A stretch of 64,000 nt of DNA, from contig OX597836.1 of NCBI GenBank assembly GCA_951406725.2, forward strand, positions 21,142,001 to 21,206,000, given 5' to 3'. The notes beneath the pieces are model-generated. The model was not told the origin of the DNA. It did not search any database and worked only from the letters and a program-made list of their open reading frames with translations. This document shows positions 1-12,490 of this stretch, in pieces; positions within the stretch are counted from its first letter, which is position 1; each line of letters starts with the position of its first letter. A program made the translations under genes and the position numbers. The DNA is from Octopus vulgaris. Lineage: Eukaryota.

Positions 1-241
1 AAAGCTATTTTCCTGTTAATCTTCCTCTGATATTGCCGCACCTCTATGTGTCCATAGCTTACACCAAGTACATCTTATGGATTTTCTACCTTCATCTTTT
101 CCACAGATCAAGCAGAGCCATCTACCTGAAGGGATTTGTAATTTGTCTGCCCTCCTACTGACTAAGACTTTGGTTTTTTTTCTAGATTAACTCTAGACCT
201 TGCTTCCGAACCTGAGTCTTCTTCTCTAGTTCAGGTAGTGA
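1..241 (-). mobile_element. RTE-clade LINE reverse-transcriptase fragment (decayed), running off the window start
   Basis: Minus-strand translation (with stops/frameshifts) SLPELEKKTQVRKQGL..KTKVLVSRRADKLQIPSGRWLCLICGKDEGRKSIRCTWCKLWTH: post-YADD RT segment followed by a CxxC..CxxC..H finger; same family as 51420-52230; 5'-truncated against a (TA)n tract. Confidence 0.8.
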
Positions 242-267
242 TATATATATATATATATATATATATA

Positions 268-433
268 ATCATCATCATTATTGTTTAATGTCTGCTTTCC
301 ATGCTGGCATGGATCGGACGGTTTTACTGAAAGCTGGCAAGCCAGGAGGCTGCGCCAGGTTCCAATCTGATCTGGCAAGGTTTCTACAGCTGGATGCCCT
401 TCCTAATACCAACCATTCCGAGAGTGTAGTGGA
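268..433 (-). repeat. RTE-3'-tail repeat (short LINE-end/SINE copy with (GAT)n tail)
   Basis: catcatcat..gtttaatgtctgctttccatgctggcatgg..ggatgcccttcctaataccaacca matches the 3' end of the LINE at 50893-51040 and the copies at 4050-4217 and 58719-59129. Confidence 0.8.
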
Positions 434-608
434 TAAGTGTGTGTATGTGTGTGTGTACACACACACTTAAATTCACCTAAATTCAACTAATATAATATAC
501 AGTCCATGCAATTCCAAAGCACCTGACTGCATCTAAAATTTCATCAGGAAAAAAAAATATGTCACTTGAACATGTGCAATATCCAATTATCCTTTACACT
601 TTTTATTA

Positions 609-642
<34 letters not shown>

Positions 643-1861
643 CAACACTTTGCTCTACTCTAACACATTGGCAGCATGATTTACAGTTAGAATACATAAA
701 TACACATTGCAGCAGTCATTAGTTTGAGCTGGAACAGCTGTGGCCAGTGTGACCATTAACTAATTCATTAACAGCAAGATTTACAGATAGCAAAGTAACA
801 GTAGTGGTGTTGATGATGGTGGTGGTGGCAGTAGTTGTAGTAGTAGTAGTTGCAACAGCAGCAGCCATTACACAGTGCTGCCAATAGCTGTGGATGGAGA
901 AAAAAGTTTAACTCAGTCAAAATATTTTCCATTTAATGTAGTATCATAAAATATAATATAGCAGCCATTGTACATCAGTGCTGCTAGCTGTACATTTTTT
1001 TTTATTTTGACCTTCATTGGTCAACAGTGACCATACCTTAACAAGATTTGTGTGTGTGATGAAAAATAGCCGTTGTCCATGCATTCAAGTTTCCTCTCTC
1101 CATGATACTAATATTTATACTAGTGAAAATACAATTTAGCACCAATGTCAACACAAGCACTGCTTTCAGAATGAAAAGAACACAAACAGATACTACAAAT
1201 TATTTTTCTCAAACCTCCAACAGTTCTCTCAATCTACCATCCTGGATTAATACTTTTTTTTTTTTACTTGCCCCAAAAGAATGATGGCTGCATAGCATTT
1301 TATTCTGCACTATAACAACACTGACAATGATAAATCATTGACAATTTAAATTACCAAGGTACCATAGCCAACCATTACACAAATGAGTTAACAGTATTAG
1401 TGCTGATACCACCTGTGGGATGAATTGAATGGAACTTCGTAGCAAATATTTAGGAAAGGAGTTGGGTGTGATTCAAATGTTCAACTCACTTTTCTAGTTT
1501 GTATGGGTAAGATGGAATTTGTGAAGATAGATTTTCTAAGACCAGATGTCCATCCAGTCACCAACCCTCCCTTGTTTTAAGCACGTAATATTTCCCATGA
1601 CCCAACGTGTTCTCCACAGAAGACAGGAAACATTGCTTGTATGACAATGATGTTCATTTACAGCTACATGATGTCAAGACAAAGTGACACACACACACAT
1701 ATATATATACATGACAAGCTTCTTTCAGTTTCCATCTGCCAAATACATTCAACTTCACCATGAGTAGAAAACACTTGCCCAAGGTGGACTGAACTGGAGA
1801 CTACATGGTTGGGAATAGAGCTTCTTAACCACACATCCATGCATGTGCCCATATCTATCTA

Positions 1862-1897
<36 letters not shown>

Positions 1898-2252
1898 TCA
1901 ATAAATGGTGGGGTTGTGTTGACCGCACGTGGAGAAATGATAAGCAAGGAAAAATTGTAAAAAGGCAGAATGCTAAATTGAAAGAAAATTTTAATGAAAA
2001 TAGGTGTATGGAAAATTTTGAAAAATTGATAAAATATATATATATTAATTCAAATCGGTTTTCGTCATAATGTGACTTTTCAAGAATTGTAAAGAAAAAA
2101 TTTTTTTTAAATGTAAGGAGGGGGGGGGGGGAGAAAATTACATTGCTTTTTGCAAAAAAATAATAATAAATATATACAAAAATTTAAAAATAGGTATTCC
2201 GATACATTGTAAAGTCTTTGTGTATGATAGTTCATGAAAAAATTACCTTGAA

Positions 2253-2453
2253 GAACAAATAAATCTCCCGGAATACCGGCAAATCCCACTGAATGACCAC
2301 ATAGACTCATGCGCTAAAGACAAAAATCCCAAATTCTACATATTCCCCTTCTACCAATGTAAAGACAGAATCACCACACAGGAGAGAATTAACAAGGAGA
2401 ATCTCTTTATTGAAAAATTCAAAACACATCTTAATATGCAAACTCCTCGTTGA
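2253..2453 (+). pseudogene. C-terminal part of PLE GIY-YIG endonuclease (truncated ORF, not in the ORF track)
   Basis: Stop-free 66 codons EQINLPEYRQIPLNDHIDSCAKDKNPKFYIFPFYQCKDRITTQERINKENLFIEKFKTHLNMQTPR*; H...C, R..KE..FI and terminal LN pattern typical of PLE GIY-YIG domains. Confidence 0.8.
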
Positions 2454-3128
2454 TCATACTTCTTTTTTCTACCTCATTCTTCATGGATGGACTAACACAA
2501 ATATATAAGGATACCATGCAGTCATCACTTCAAGCTAAAACTTATATTCTTTAAATATCATTATTATTATTGTTGTTATTATTATTATTATTTTTACTAT
2601 ATATGACATAACAATCTAAAATGTAATTATAAATTGGTTTATGCAAATTTATATAATTAGAAAACAATATAAATAAAGTGTTAAAATCTGAATGTTAAGT
2701 TAGCAAACAATTATATAAAAAAAATAATGCATATGAAGCTAAAATGATAATTTTATAATTTAAGGTTTATTAACACCCTTTATTACAAAAAATTGATAAA
2801 CACAAATTGAAGAGCTTAAAACCCATAGAGTTATCTCCCCTTATTCACAACACAGGAACTGGACTCTTACTACTTCCTGTTTTGCCATTCACTTAAGAGA
2901 CACCCTTAATTAAATTAAACAACACATGGATTTAATCCCATTGGATCTCAATACTTGAAGGTAATTTTTTCGTGAACTATCATTAAACTCAAGATACACA
3001 AAGACTTTACAATGTATCGGAGTACCTATTTTTTAATTTTTGTATATATTTATTATTATTTTTTGGCAAAAAACAATGTAATTTTCTTTTTACCCCCTCC
3101 TCACATTTAAAAAAAATTTTTTCTTTAC

Positions 3129-3170
3129 AATTCTTGAAAAGTCACATTATGACAAAAACCGGTTTGAATT
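3129..3170 (+). ncRNA. Degenerate hammerhead-like motif in PLE pseudo-LTR (mirror copy 2047-2088, minus strand)
   Basis: AATTC-TTGAAAA-GTCA catta TGAC-(G/A)AA-AACCGGTT-T-GAATT: stems I and II pair, stem III is palindromic, core is non-canonical. Confidence 0.5.
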
Positions 3171-3297
3171 AACATATATATATATATTTTATCAATTTTT
3201 CAAAATTTTCCATACACCCATTTTCATTAAAATTTTCTTTCAATTTAGCATTCTGCCTTTTTACAATTTTTCCTTGCTTTTATATATATATATATAC

Positions 3298-3351
<54 letters not shown>

Positions 3352-3912
3352 TCATCATGTTAAACCATTAATCCCAATGTATTTTCCTCTTTATCTCCAT
3401 TTTTTTCCTTCTCATGTCATTCTGTCAAAGAGTGTAGGCTTCAAATGTCAAAGACTTTTCCATTCTTTCCAAGCATCAAACTAATACACATACACGTTGT
3501 CCCCTTACCTGTCTTTGTCTTTTGTGTTCTGTACATTTGAACTATAAAAGAAGACAAGGTATAAATAATGGTCATTACATGTTTTTCCTTTATTAGAGTA
3601 AATTTAGCTTACACTTGCTTCCAATAGTCATTATAAGTACATTACTGACAGGTTTACTTAATTGGTCTACTGATCAGTTGAGAAAAATTGAAAGACCAAA
3701 AACAAAATGCTACTTATATCTGTATATTTTCCATAATAATTCCTTATTTCAAACTCAAATATTTACCTCTATTTAAGAGATATCCATAATATCCCAGAAA
3801 CAGCAGTAACACTATATATTTTCTCCTTATAAATGTCCTGAAAACTCCTCACAGCCTTGGCTTTGTTATCTCATTTTTATATATATATATATATATAAAA
3901 AAAAAAAAAAAA

Positions 3913-4217
3913 CCATCCAAGCATGGCCATTCGCCAGCCTCGTCTCGCACCTGTGTCGGTGGCACATAAAAAACACCATCCGAGCGTGGCCGAGCACCAT
4001 CCAAGTGGCCGTCTGCCAGCCTCGTCTGCCACCTGTGTCGGTGGCACATAAAATCACCCACTACACTCTCGGAGTGGTTGGCGTTAGGAAGGGCATCCAG
4101 CTGTAGAAACACTGCCAGATCTGACTGGCCTGGTGCAGCCTTCGGGCTCCCCAGACCCCAGTTGAACCGTCCAACCCATGCTAGCATGGAAAGCGGACGT
4201 TGAACGATGATGATGAT
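3913..4217 (+). repeat. RTE-3'-tail repeat with internally duplicated 5' module
   Basis: Two copies of gccagcctcgtct..cacctgtgtcggtggcacataaaa, then ggttggcgttaggaagggcatccagctgtagaaac..catggaaagcggacgttgaac(gat)n. Confidence 0.8.
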
Positions 4218-4348
4218 ATATATATATATATATATACAGATATAATTAATAAAAAAAAATGAAGAAAAAACACAAGAAAAAGAACAACAATGCGAGGATG
4301 TGATACATGCAAAGCATTAATAAGACACTCAGGGAAGGAAAGAAAGGG

Positions 4349-4385
4349 TGTTTTATGTTTTGAGCAAAGCTCTTCTTCAGAAACA
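4349..4385 (-). ncRNA. Minimal hammerhead-like motif in a short pLTR-like repeat (about 4255-4455)
   Basis: TGTTT-CTGAAGA-A-GAGC ttt GCTC-AAA-ACAT-A-AAACA; intact CUGAAGA; the G12A and stem III changes are both explicable as CpG decay of CGAAACGT. Confidence 0.6.
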
Positions 4386-6862
4386 GGAGACAGAGGAAAG
4401 TCCAAGAGAAAAGGAAAACAGAGGGAAAAAAAAAAAAAATCGCCAACAATCCATATGTAGTTACATATATGATGTATTTGTTTTGCAAGATTCCTGATGT
4501 GAAATCGTGCGTTGAAGCAGAAGTTGTTATATTTTGGGACATTTTGGTCATTTTTTCTTGCCAAATAAATACACACACTATGTATTCATTCTTCACTTGT
4601 TTATTATTGTTTTTTATTTTATGTCCATTGTCTTGAAATCTTTTGTTACACACCTGTGACCTCTTCAGCAAATCTCTATCCCACATGTCACCTCGTGTTC
4701 TGTTTAGTCCATTCTGTCTTTGTGTGGTGCCTATCCTTATCTGCATATGTGTGTCTGTGTGGGGGGGTTTGCTTACTATACTGTTTGTATCCATATAAAA
4801 TTCAGTGGGTAGTAAATATACAGAAGTCCATTGCATGTGTATATGTGTTTGTGCATGTGCCTGTGTCCACATGTCTCCTCATTGACACTGTTAGGTCAAC
4901 AGCGTGATGAGTGTTTATCTCCCTCCTGATACATCATACAAATTGGTTGGTTCCAACCTGTGCAAACCTATGGAACAAAATGTACTGTACTTAGAAAGAA
5001 GAACAGGCTGGCATCAAAAAATGATATCCAGCCAGGGAATGCTATCTCAAACAGTTTTGTCCAACCAATGCTAACTTGGGTGGGAAAATAAATTAATGTA
5101 AAACCACAATGAAGCCAATGACCAATATTGATTTTTTTTTTTCTTTCCTAACCACATAATTATTGCTTTTTGATGTTCTTGCATTAAACATGTTGTCACT
5201 AACTTAGTTACATTCAATAATATATTAATATCAAGCAATATTAAATATTATAAATACCAGTTTGAGACAGAAAAAAAAAAGAAAGTCTCATCGATGTGAC
5301 ATAACTCTTGTATCTATTACGTGCAAAGTCTGTTTCTCTTTTCTGTTTTAAAAATAAGTGCGTTTTGTGTGATGTTTCATACCACTTTACATTGGAAATT
5401 TTCAGAATTAATTCATTGATCAACTATTAATAGTTTAGACAGTACAGCAGTAGAGTGTTGAATTAGTAACTTTGTACACAAATGGCACTAATCATTAGCA
5501 CATCAGACAAAATACTTAGTGACATTTCTTCCAATTCATTATGTTCTGAGTTCAAATTCCACCTAGGTCAGTTGAGTACAGGGTTCAATGTAATTGACTT
5601 ACCTCATTCCTCATGTGCCAAAATCAGAAAGGAATTAATGTAGTAGGTGAGGTGGGTTGGGGGTGCTCTAAATTATAGATTTGAGTTCTTTGTAGAGAAA
5701 ACACAGGAGTTTTATAACAGAATATAAATTTTTGATTCTGAGTGCTGTATTCTAGTCATAATCATCATGCATTGAACACATTTTGCAGCACGTTGATGGC
5801 ACTAAAACAAAAGTCTTCCTGATAAAATGTGAGTTCTTCCATTGGATGAAGTCATAGCGCTACTTTGTTCTCACTTTCTCAAAATGTCTTCTTGGCAAAG
5901 ATATGAGAGTGGTTTATCACTGCCTTCCCCAATTGGATGGCCATTGGTCCACGAGGAGCCAATTGTTACTTCACCAAAAAAAAATCTGTTTAAGGAGTCT
6001 GAAGTCAGTCACATGTGCTACATATCCACTCCACTGCAACTGGAATTTTTATTTAGGCAAGTATACACGACCGAAAATTAATTAATGCTGTTGCCAGCAT
6101 CCACTCATCAGTTACATCCCAACCTAGTAACATTGAAGGTAGAGTCAACTTAAAAAGATTTTGCCAATTGTAGCAGTTATTTTGCCCTAGGTCATCCCTC
6201 ATTGAGCGGACCCCTCATCAAAAGGCATCTCAGCCATAACCATACCAGCTTTTGCTATCAGGTACAGTAGAAGTCAAGAATACATTAGCCAGTGTGATCT
6301 TTAGCAGAGTGTGATTTGTAAGAGACTCAATTGTTATTTCTAACAAGTCAAGCAGTCGCTTAGAGCTTCCCTCATTGACACAAGCTGTAGCTTTTTAACA
6401 TTCATGGTATTCAGTTTTTTATTTGTCTATTTTCCAAAACTACTTAATCCTCGTGACTCCCTGATAAGTGAAATAAAAAACACAGAAAAAAAAAGAAATA
6501 TAAACACTATTTTTCAATCTGTAAGTTCTGAATTTGCGCATTCTTCAAATGACCACTCTACAAAAAGAAAGTATGGAATAAATTGAAAAAAACCAATGCT
6601 TTTTTGGAAGATAAATAAAACTTCATTTAAGAATATAAGAACTGGCATTTGTCATTTGCTGGCACTGGAAAATTACTTAGATTGGATCAAAGGAAACCTA
6701 ACAAAATGGTAGCTGTCTGAAGTAGCATACATATTCAAGTAATTAATTAGGCAGAAATCATACCCAGATGAAAGCGAAGATTTCAATGCCTCTGTGAACT
6801 AGTATCCTTGCTTTATGAAGAGAAAGAATTGGATGCTGCAACAAGAAATTGAATAACTGTGC

Positions 6863-7378
6863 AGGCATAGGCATGGCTGTTTAAGAAGAAGTTTGCTTCC
6901 CAACTACATGGTTCCAGTTCAGTCCCACTACATGGCACCTTAAGCCAGTGGTTTTCAACCAGGGTTCCACGGAGCCTTAGGGTTCCGCCAGTACAGTCCA
7001 GGGGTTCCGCAAGAAGTTACAAAAATGCTAAAAGCGACAGTAATTTTTAATTCTCCTGTGCAGATATGTGTGCATAAGACAATTAAATTATTGCACAGGG
7101 GTTCCTCGAGCCAGTGAAATGTTTTCTTGGGGTTCCGCTCCAGCAAAAAGTTTGAAAAGCACTGCCTTAAGCAAATGTCTTCTACTATAGCTTCAGGCCA
7201 ACCAAAGGCTTGTAAGTGCATTTGGTAGATGGAAATTAAAAGAAGCCTGTCATGTGTGTGTGTGGAAGGGCGTGTTTGTATCTATCCTTCATCACCACCA
7301 TTTAACAACCAGTGTTGCCATGTCTATGTCCCTGTAACTTAGCAGTTTGACAAAAAGAGAACAACAGAATAAGTAGCA
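6863..7378 (+). repeat. Old copy of the major tRNA-headed SINE, interrupted by a hAT-like MITE
   Basis: aggcataggcatggctg..cagtcccact..catggcacctt[MITE]aagcaaatgtcttctactatagc..gaagcctgtc; colinear with 32458-32883. Confidence 0.8.
6946..7164. mobile_element. hAT-like MITE (non-autonomous DNA transposon)
   Basis: TIRs cagtggttttcaacc / gtttgaaaagcactg and a perfect 8-bp TSD ccttaagc (6938-6945, 7165-7172). Confidence 0.9.
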
Positions 7379-8335
7379 TGATTTGCATTTTGGCTTCTGG
7401 CTTTTTTTCCTTCCTAAAGTCAGTAGAGTGGTAAGAAAGAGATTTGGTTGTTATTTCTAGCAGTTCATCTGACAGCATATAATCAATTTTTATCTTCTGG
7501 TGCAAGCTATAAAATTCTCCCAAAAGACTGAAGATATTACAACTGTAAACCACATCAAATACGATATCCTGTTTTCAATTACAATATACAGAAGCAATGC
7601 CCCAAATGGTTACATAGCATTAATTACCATAATGGCTCCAAAGATAACAAATTATATGTAATTGGGATGAAAGAACCTATAAATAGTTGAATCTAATGGT
7701 ACTTTTATGCTGTGAAATATCTGCATGTGCATGCACACTATTATGTAACCAGTTTACAAAGGGAATAAAACTACATACAAAACTAAATGCACACATTCAT
7801 TACTCATGCACCTAGTAATGTTCAAGACTGAAAATACTGTGCAAATTTATGTTCTGAACAACCCTAAATGTCTTGATGGTCTTTTAATTTATTTTATTTA
7901 TTTATCACAGTTTGGTGGACAATAGCATCAATGGTTGCAAGTTTTGAAGAGGTCAATCATTGGTTCAAGTATTTCTGATGGTGAGAGTAACATGTCTATA
8001 ACTGAGTGCTGAACAAATACGATGACTTCATTGCACAAAACAATGCCAGTTATGCATGTGTATGTGCGTATAATTATATATACATATGTGTACATACACA
8101 CATATATGATGGACATAATTCACTGCGTACATGTGTATGTGTGTGTATGAAGGTAGTATAGTGGGATGTGTAACATCAGTGTGCACATTCAACAAAGTGC
8201 AAATGTATTGAAAGAAAATTTAGGCATAAGAGGAATCAGATGCAGCATGCAAGACGACGTTGGTTTGGACATATGATGCATATGAACAAAGACAGCTGTT
8301 TATAGAAATGGCACCAAACATATACACACACATAC

Positions 8336-8380
<45 letters not shown>

Positions 8381-9337
8381 ATGGGCTTCTTTCAGTTTTC
8401 GTCTACCAAATCCACTCACTGAGGCTATAGTAGAAGACACTTGCAAAAGGTGTCATGTAGTGGGACTGAACCCAGAACCATGTGGTTGGTAAGCAAGCTA
8501 CTTACTGCACAGCCACTCCTGCACCTATGCATACTGTATTTTTTAACACTACATCTTTAAAAGGTTCTTACCCAGATGAAAAACCACAGCTCCTGACATT
8601 CAACAAAATCTAAGAGCCAGTGTCAGCTTTGATGTGATTTCTACAGCTGGTGCCATTCCTAATGCCAACCACTTCACAGAGTATACTGGACGTTTCTTTC
8701 ATGGCACTGGCACTAGTGAAATCACCAAGTAACTTGCAAGAAAGCACACTCAACTATGTGAAGATGTAGTAGAGAGGGAGGTAGCATTATGCCCAGTGTT
8801 GGGAAGCTAAAGTATGATACAGGAACAGAAACTTGCCAACACACTATAATGACTGTTAGTGGACAATGTGACTAATGTTTTTAGATGTTGTTGTTGACTT
8901 TCATCAGTTGTTCTATCACTTTCACCTGCCCAGGTAGATTGAATACAACTAAGCTGATTACATATAAGTATTTTCAATAATAACAAAGGGTAAAATTAAT
9001 TAATTAAGAAGTAATCAATAATTTCACCAAGCAGAATTCGGCATGAATTTCTATATTCTTTATACCGATCTAATTCCGAAACGCACGTCCATGGATGACC
9101 AGATATTGATTGATTTTCGTTACTTTTCCTCTCTGCCTGTGTGAATTGTTTTCAAGTATTTTGGTTTCTCTGGGAGTCCCTTTTTAAAGTAGAAGAAATA
9201 GCTAAGGTTTTTGGCTGCTATTTCTAAACTTCGGTATGTGGTAAAGCAAATCTTTGCTGAACCCTAATTATTAAGTATAAGTATTTTCACATATATTTAC
9301 AAGATATCAATTCATGAACACTGATTTCTTGTTCCAG

Positions 9338-9413
9338 AGCTTGAAGCTGCTCAACTCACATTAGAAAAAGCATTCCAGGATATGCTATTTTCTCCTCCTT
9401 CAAGGTAACAAAG
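9338..9413 (+). other. Candidate exon (unverified)
   Basis: Acceptor tttcttgttccag, tandem donors aag|gtaaca (after 9404) and aag|gtaagg (after 9413); phase-1 reading LEAAQLTLEKAFQDMLFSPPS; non-repetitive sequence. Confidence 0.25.
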
Positions 9414-10423
9414 GTAAGGTTGCCCTATAGCCATGCATATTTTGTGGTCTCATCACTCATCCTGACCAAAATATTTTCAGGAAAAAGTTGAATAAAATAT
9501 TTGGTGGGCTTTGCTTCTAAGTTCAAAAGCTTTAAAAGGCCCACATCACTCACAAAAATATTGATGCAATGATCAACTATATGGTCACTCCACTCCTGCT
9601 CAGAATCAATACAATATCAATTAGATCACAAATATGTACAAACACAAGAACATCATTTTAAATAGTTTCTCCAAGTCCAATCCCCTGATCCTTTAATTAA
9701 ATCATTAATAATTAATGATAAATAATAAATCATTAATAAACAATATCATTGAATTCTAACACCCTGCTTGAAGTATTAACTACAATGGTGCATGGAAATT
9801 GAAAGATGAAAATATCCAAAGAAATTCACTTGATGAAACACATCTTAGTGATTAGACAACTAATTTCTTAATCATTATGTCATGGATTCATTTCCAAGTC
9901 TCAGAGGCATGCTGTGCTCTTTAAGTAAGGCACCTTACTTTATATTGCTTTAGTCCACTCAGCAGGCAATAATGAATATTAAGACTGCTAAGAGCACCTG
10001 GCCAACGTCAAGTTAGCATAACAAAGTTAATATGTCAGGTGTATGACCAAAAAACTTTCAAGAATGGAGAGGGAAACATCTAGCTGTGGACAACTATGTT
10101 CTGACTTTAATTTATTTTATTAAAGCAGGGAAACCACAATACACATTGGGAAAAAGTTACTGACTTAAAAAATAATTCGTTTAAAACAATAAATATATTT
10201 TCAAAAATAAAAAATTCTTAGGAAAAAGATAAAAGTAAATTTTAATTTTTGATTCAATATTCATTTTTTTTTATTGTTTTTGCACATACATATGAAATTT
10301 GTAGTGTTCTCAATAGATAGAATGAAGTAATACGTTAAGTTAATCAATATTCCCAGTATGGGAATAATAAGTTAATCAACTTTTCCAGACCAACATGATT
10401 ATCATCATCTTTTGAACCCTTTG

Positions 10424-10810
10424 GGCATAGCTGTGTGGTAAAAAGTTTGCTTCCCAACCACATGGTTCCAGGTTCAGTCTCACTGCACGGTATCTTGGGC
10501 AAGTGTCTTCTACTATAGCCTTGGGCTGACCAAAGCCTTATAAGAGGATTTGGTAGGCAGAAACTGAAAGAAGCCTGTTGTATGTGTGTCTTTGTGTATG
10601 TCCCTCACCACCATTTGACAACTGGTGTTGTGCTATGTGCCTGTGACTTAGTGGTTCAGCAAAAGACCCCCATTATAATAAGTACCAGGCTTAAAAAAAG
10701 GTACTGGGATCGATTCATTTGACTAAAAAGTTCTTCAAGGCGGTGCACCAGCATGGCCACAGCCTAATGACTGAAAACCACACAAGTAAAAACAAGTAAA
10801 AGCTAAAAGA
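10424..10810 (+). repeat. Major tRNA-headed SINE, older copy
   Basis: Colinear with 32458-32883 from head (ggcatagctgtgtggt) to tail (atgactgaaaac..aagtaaaa). Confidence 0.85.
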
Positions 10811-11135
10811 TATTTCTAATGAAATATGCTGGCTCCATTTCAATTTGTTTTGAAAATAATGAAGAATTTATTAAAATAACTTTAACCTGGTGTTTGGGAC
10901 ATAAATTAGCATGAAATTTTAATGGAAGGTTTTAATTTAGATCAGTTTAACCCCTTCATTACCATATTTCTCTTGAAATAGACTGATTTTATTTCAATTG
11001 ATTTTGAAAATAATGAAGAATTTAGTAATTAATTTTTATTAACCTGAGACATAAATTAACATTAAATTTTTAACAAGGAACTTGCACAATGGAACCAGAG
11101 GATGTTTTGAGCAGGTTTTTATCAAAAGAGTTAAA
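10811..11135. mobile_element. Decayed piggyBac-like MITE with internal duplication
   Basis: ttaaccccttcattacc start at about 10947, caaaagagttaa end; duplicated block tttgaaaataatgaagaattt..acataaatta at about 10849 and 11003. Confidence 0.5.
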
Positions 11136-11546
11136 GCAATTTAATCAAAATATAGTGAATTCATATAATTGTATTGATTTTGGATTGGATTGCCTATGTT
11201 CAGTCCACTACAGGATGAAGGTCTCAGCAACATGTTCTCTGCACCAATTTGAAACCATACTGATTTGATGAGCCTACTCTGCCACACTGGCTGAACATGG
11301 CTTGGCAGAAGGGTGCAGTTTTTTGTACTCTCACACAGGAGTAGCTAAGTTGATTACATTGCCCCCAGTTCTCAACCTACCCCAAAAGGATGAAAGGCAA
11401 AGTAGGCCTCAGCAGAAGTTGAACTCAGAACATATTCATTATAGACACTAAAAAACCAAAGCAAGGTTACATAGAGCTACTAGTTTATTTATATATGCAG
11501 ATATAGATGCATATGGTCACAACACGGGCACACACATATATATGCA

Positions 11547-11585
<39 letters not shown>

Positions 11586-11663
11586 TTCAAAATGTGACCT
11601 CGTGTGTACCGTTGTCGATTTTTTTTCTCTGTCTTCCCTTCTCTGGATCTTTCCTTCTCCTAT

Positions 11664-11698
11664 GTTTCCGACAAAGAGCTCCACTCGAAACGTTAAAC
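11664..11698 (+). ncRNA. Minimal hammerhead-like motif in pLTR-like repeat 11588-11788 (relative of 4255-4455)
   Basis: GTTT-CCGACAA-A-GAG ctcca CTC-GAA-ACGT-T-AAAC; repeat bounded by (TA)n on both sides. Confidence 0.55.
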
Positions 11699-11787
11699 CC
11701 TCCTTCTTTCCTGAGCATCCAATAATACTATATTTGTTCCACGTCCTCGCGTTGTGTTTTTTTGTGCTTTCTTGTTTGGATTAACTT

Positions 11788-11823
<36 letters not shown>

Positions 11824-12159
11824 TATACGACAGGCTTCTTTCAGTTTCCACCAACCAAATTCACCTGGATGGCTTTGGTCGACCCAAGGCTTAAAATAGA
11901 AGACACTTACCCAAGGTACCACACACTGGGACTGAACTCAAAACCACATAACTGAGAAGCAAACTTCTTAACCACACAACCTTGCCTATACCTATTCATA
12001 TTTTTGCATTTATTTTGGATATAAATAAACCCAAGCAAGACCAGGTACAGCTGCTAATTTATTTATAAATAAATTCTTTACATATCTATATACAGATATA
12101 GATGTACATGCTCACAACACATGCACATATACTCAAATTATCATAATTATGATACTCAC

Positions 12160-12213
12160 CATCTATCAGCGACATTTTGATCAGTTTTCAAAAAGCGGTT
12201 TCAACAGATTTAT
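12160..12213 (-). other. Candidate spliced exon (5'UTR plus ATG, or a stop-containing exon)
   Basis: Acceptor ctgtctattttcag, strong donor G|gtgagt; stops in all three frames upstream of caaaATG, which gives MSLID followed by a phase-1 intron. Confidence 0.5.
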
Positions 12214-12490
12214 CTGAAAATAGACAGTTTATTTTTAAAGTTAAAATATTCACAACGGGTGCTTCATAAGATAAAACTATAAAATAAAATAACGATAATT
12301 AAAAACACGTGTAATTTAAGCTGGATCAAAATAGGTCATAGATATTGATTCCTTTCAGATATACACAATGCCAAAATTGCTATTTTGACCCAGGTCAGTC
12401 AACCCTGAACGAATAGCTAAAGACATTCCAGCAACGACCATTCTGTCCTCCTCCCTGGTATATATATATATCCTTGTTTTTTTCTGTGTA

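Larger units (their letters stand above)
1876..3279 (+). mobile_element. Penelope-like element (PLE), 5'-truncated, with inverted pseudo-LTR copy at its 5' end
   Basis: Inverted arms 1942-2253 and 2953-3279; GIY-YIG C-terminal coding remnant starts at the inversion junction; hammerhead-like motif in each arm; (TA)n on both flanks. Confidence 0.85.

Noticed and set aside
700-1400. Short recurring motifs (gcagccatt.cac, cagtgacca..aacaagattt)
   Set aside because: Too degenerate and interleaved with (GTA)/(GGT) simple repeats to define a unit.
3924-4060. HDV-like ribozyme in ggccg..gccagcctcgtc..
   Set aside because: Superficially similar to the HDV 5' sequence, but I could not build the nested P1/P1.1/P2/P3 double pseudoknot or J4/2.
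4246-4872. 208-aa ORF
   Set aside because: Runs across adjoining repeat fragments and low-complexity sequence; no domain motifs.
12160-12213. Selenocysteine readthrough of the in-frame TGA in a symmetric 54-nt exon
   Set aside because: No selenoprotein-like context and no SECIS identified; a UTR or stop exon is simpler.
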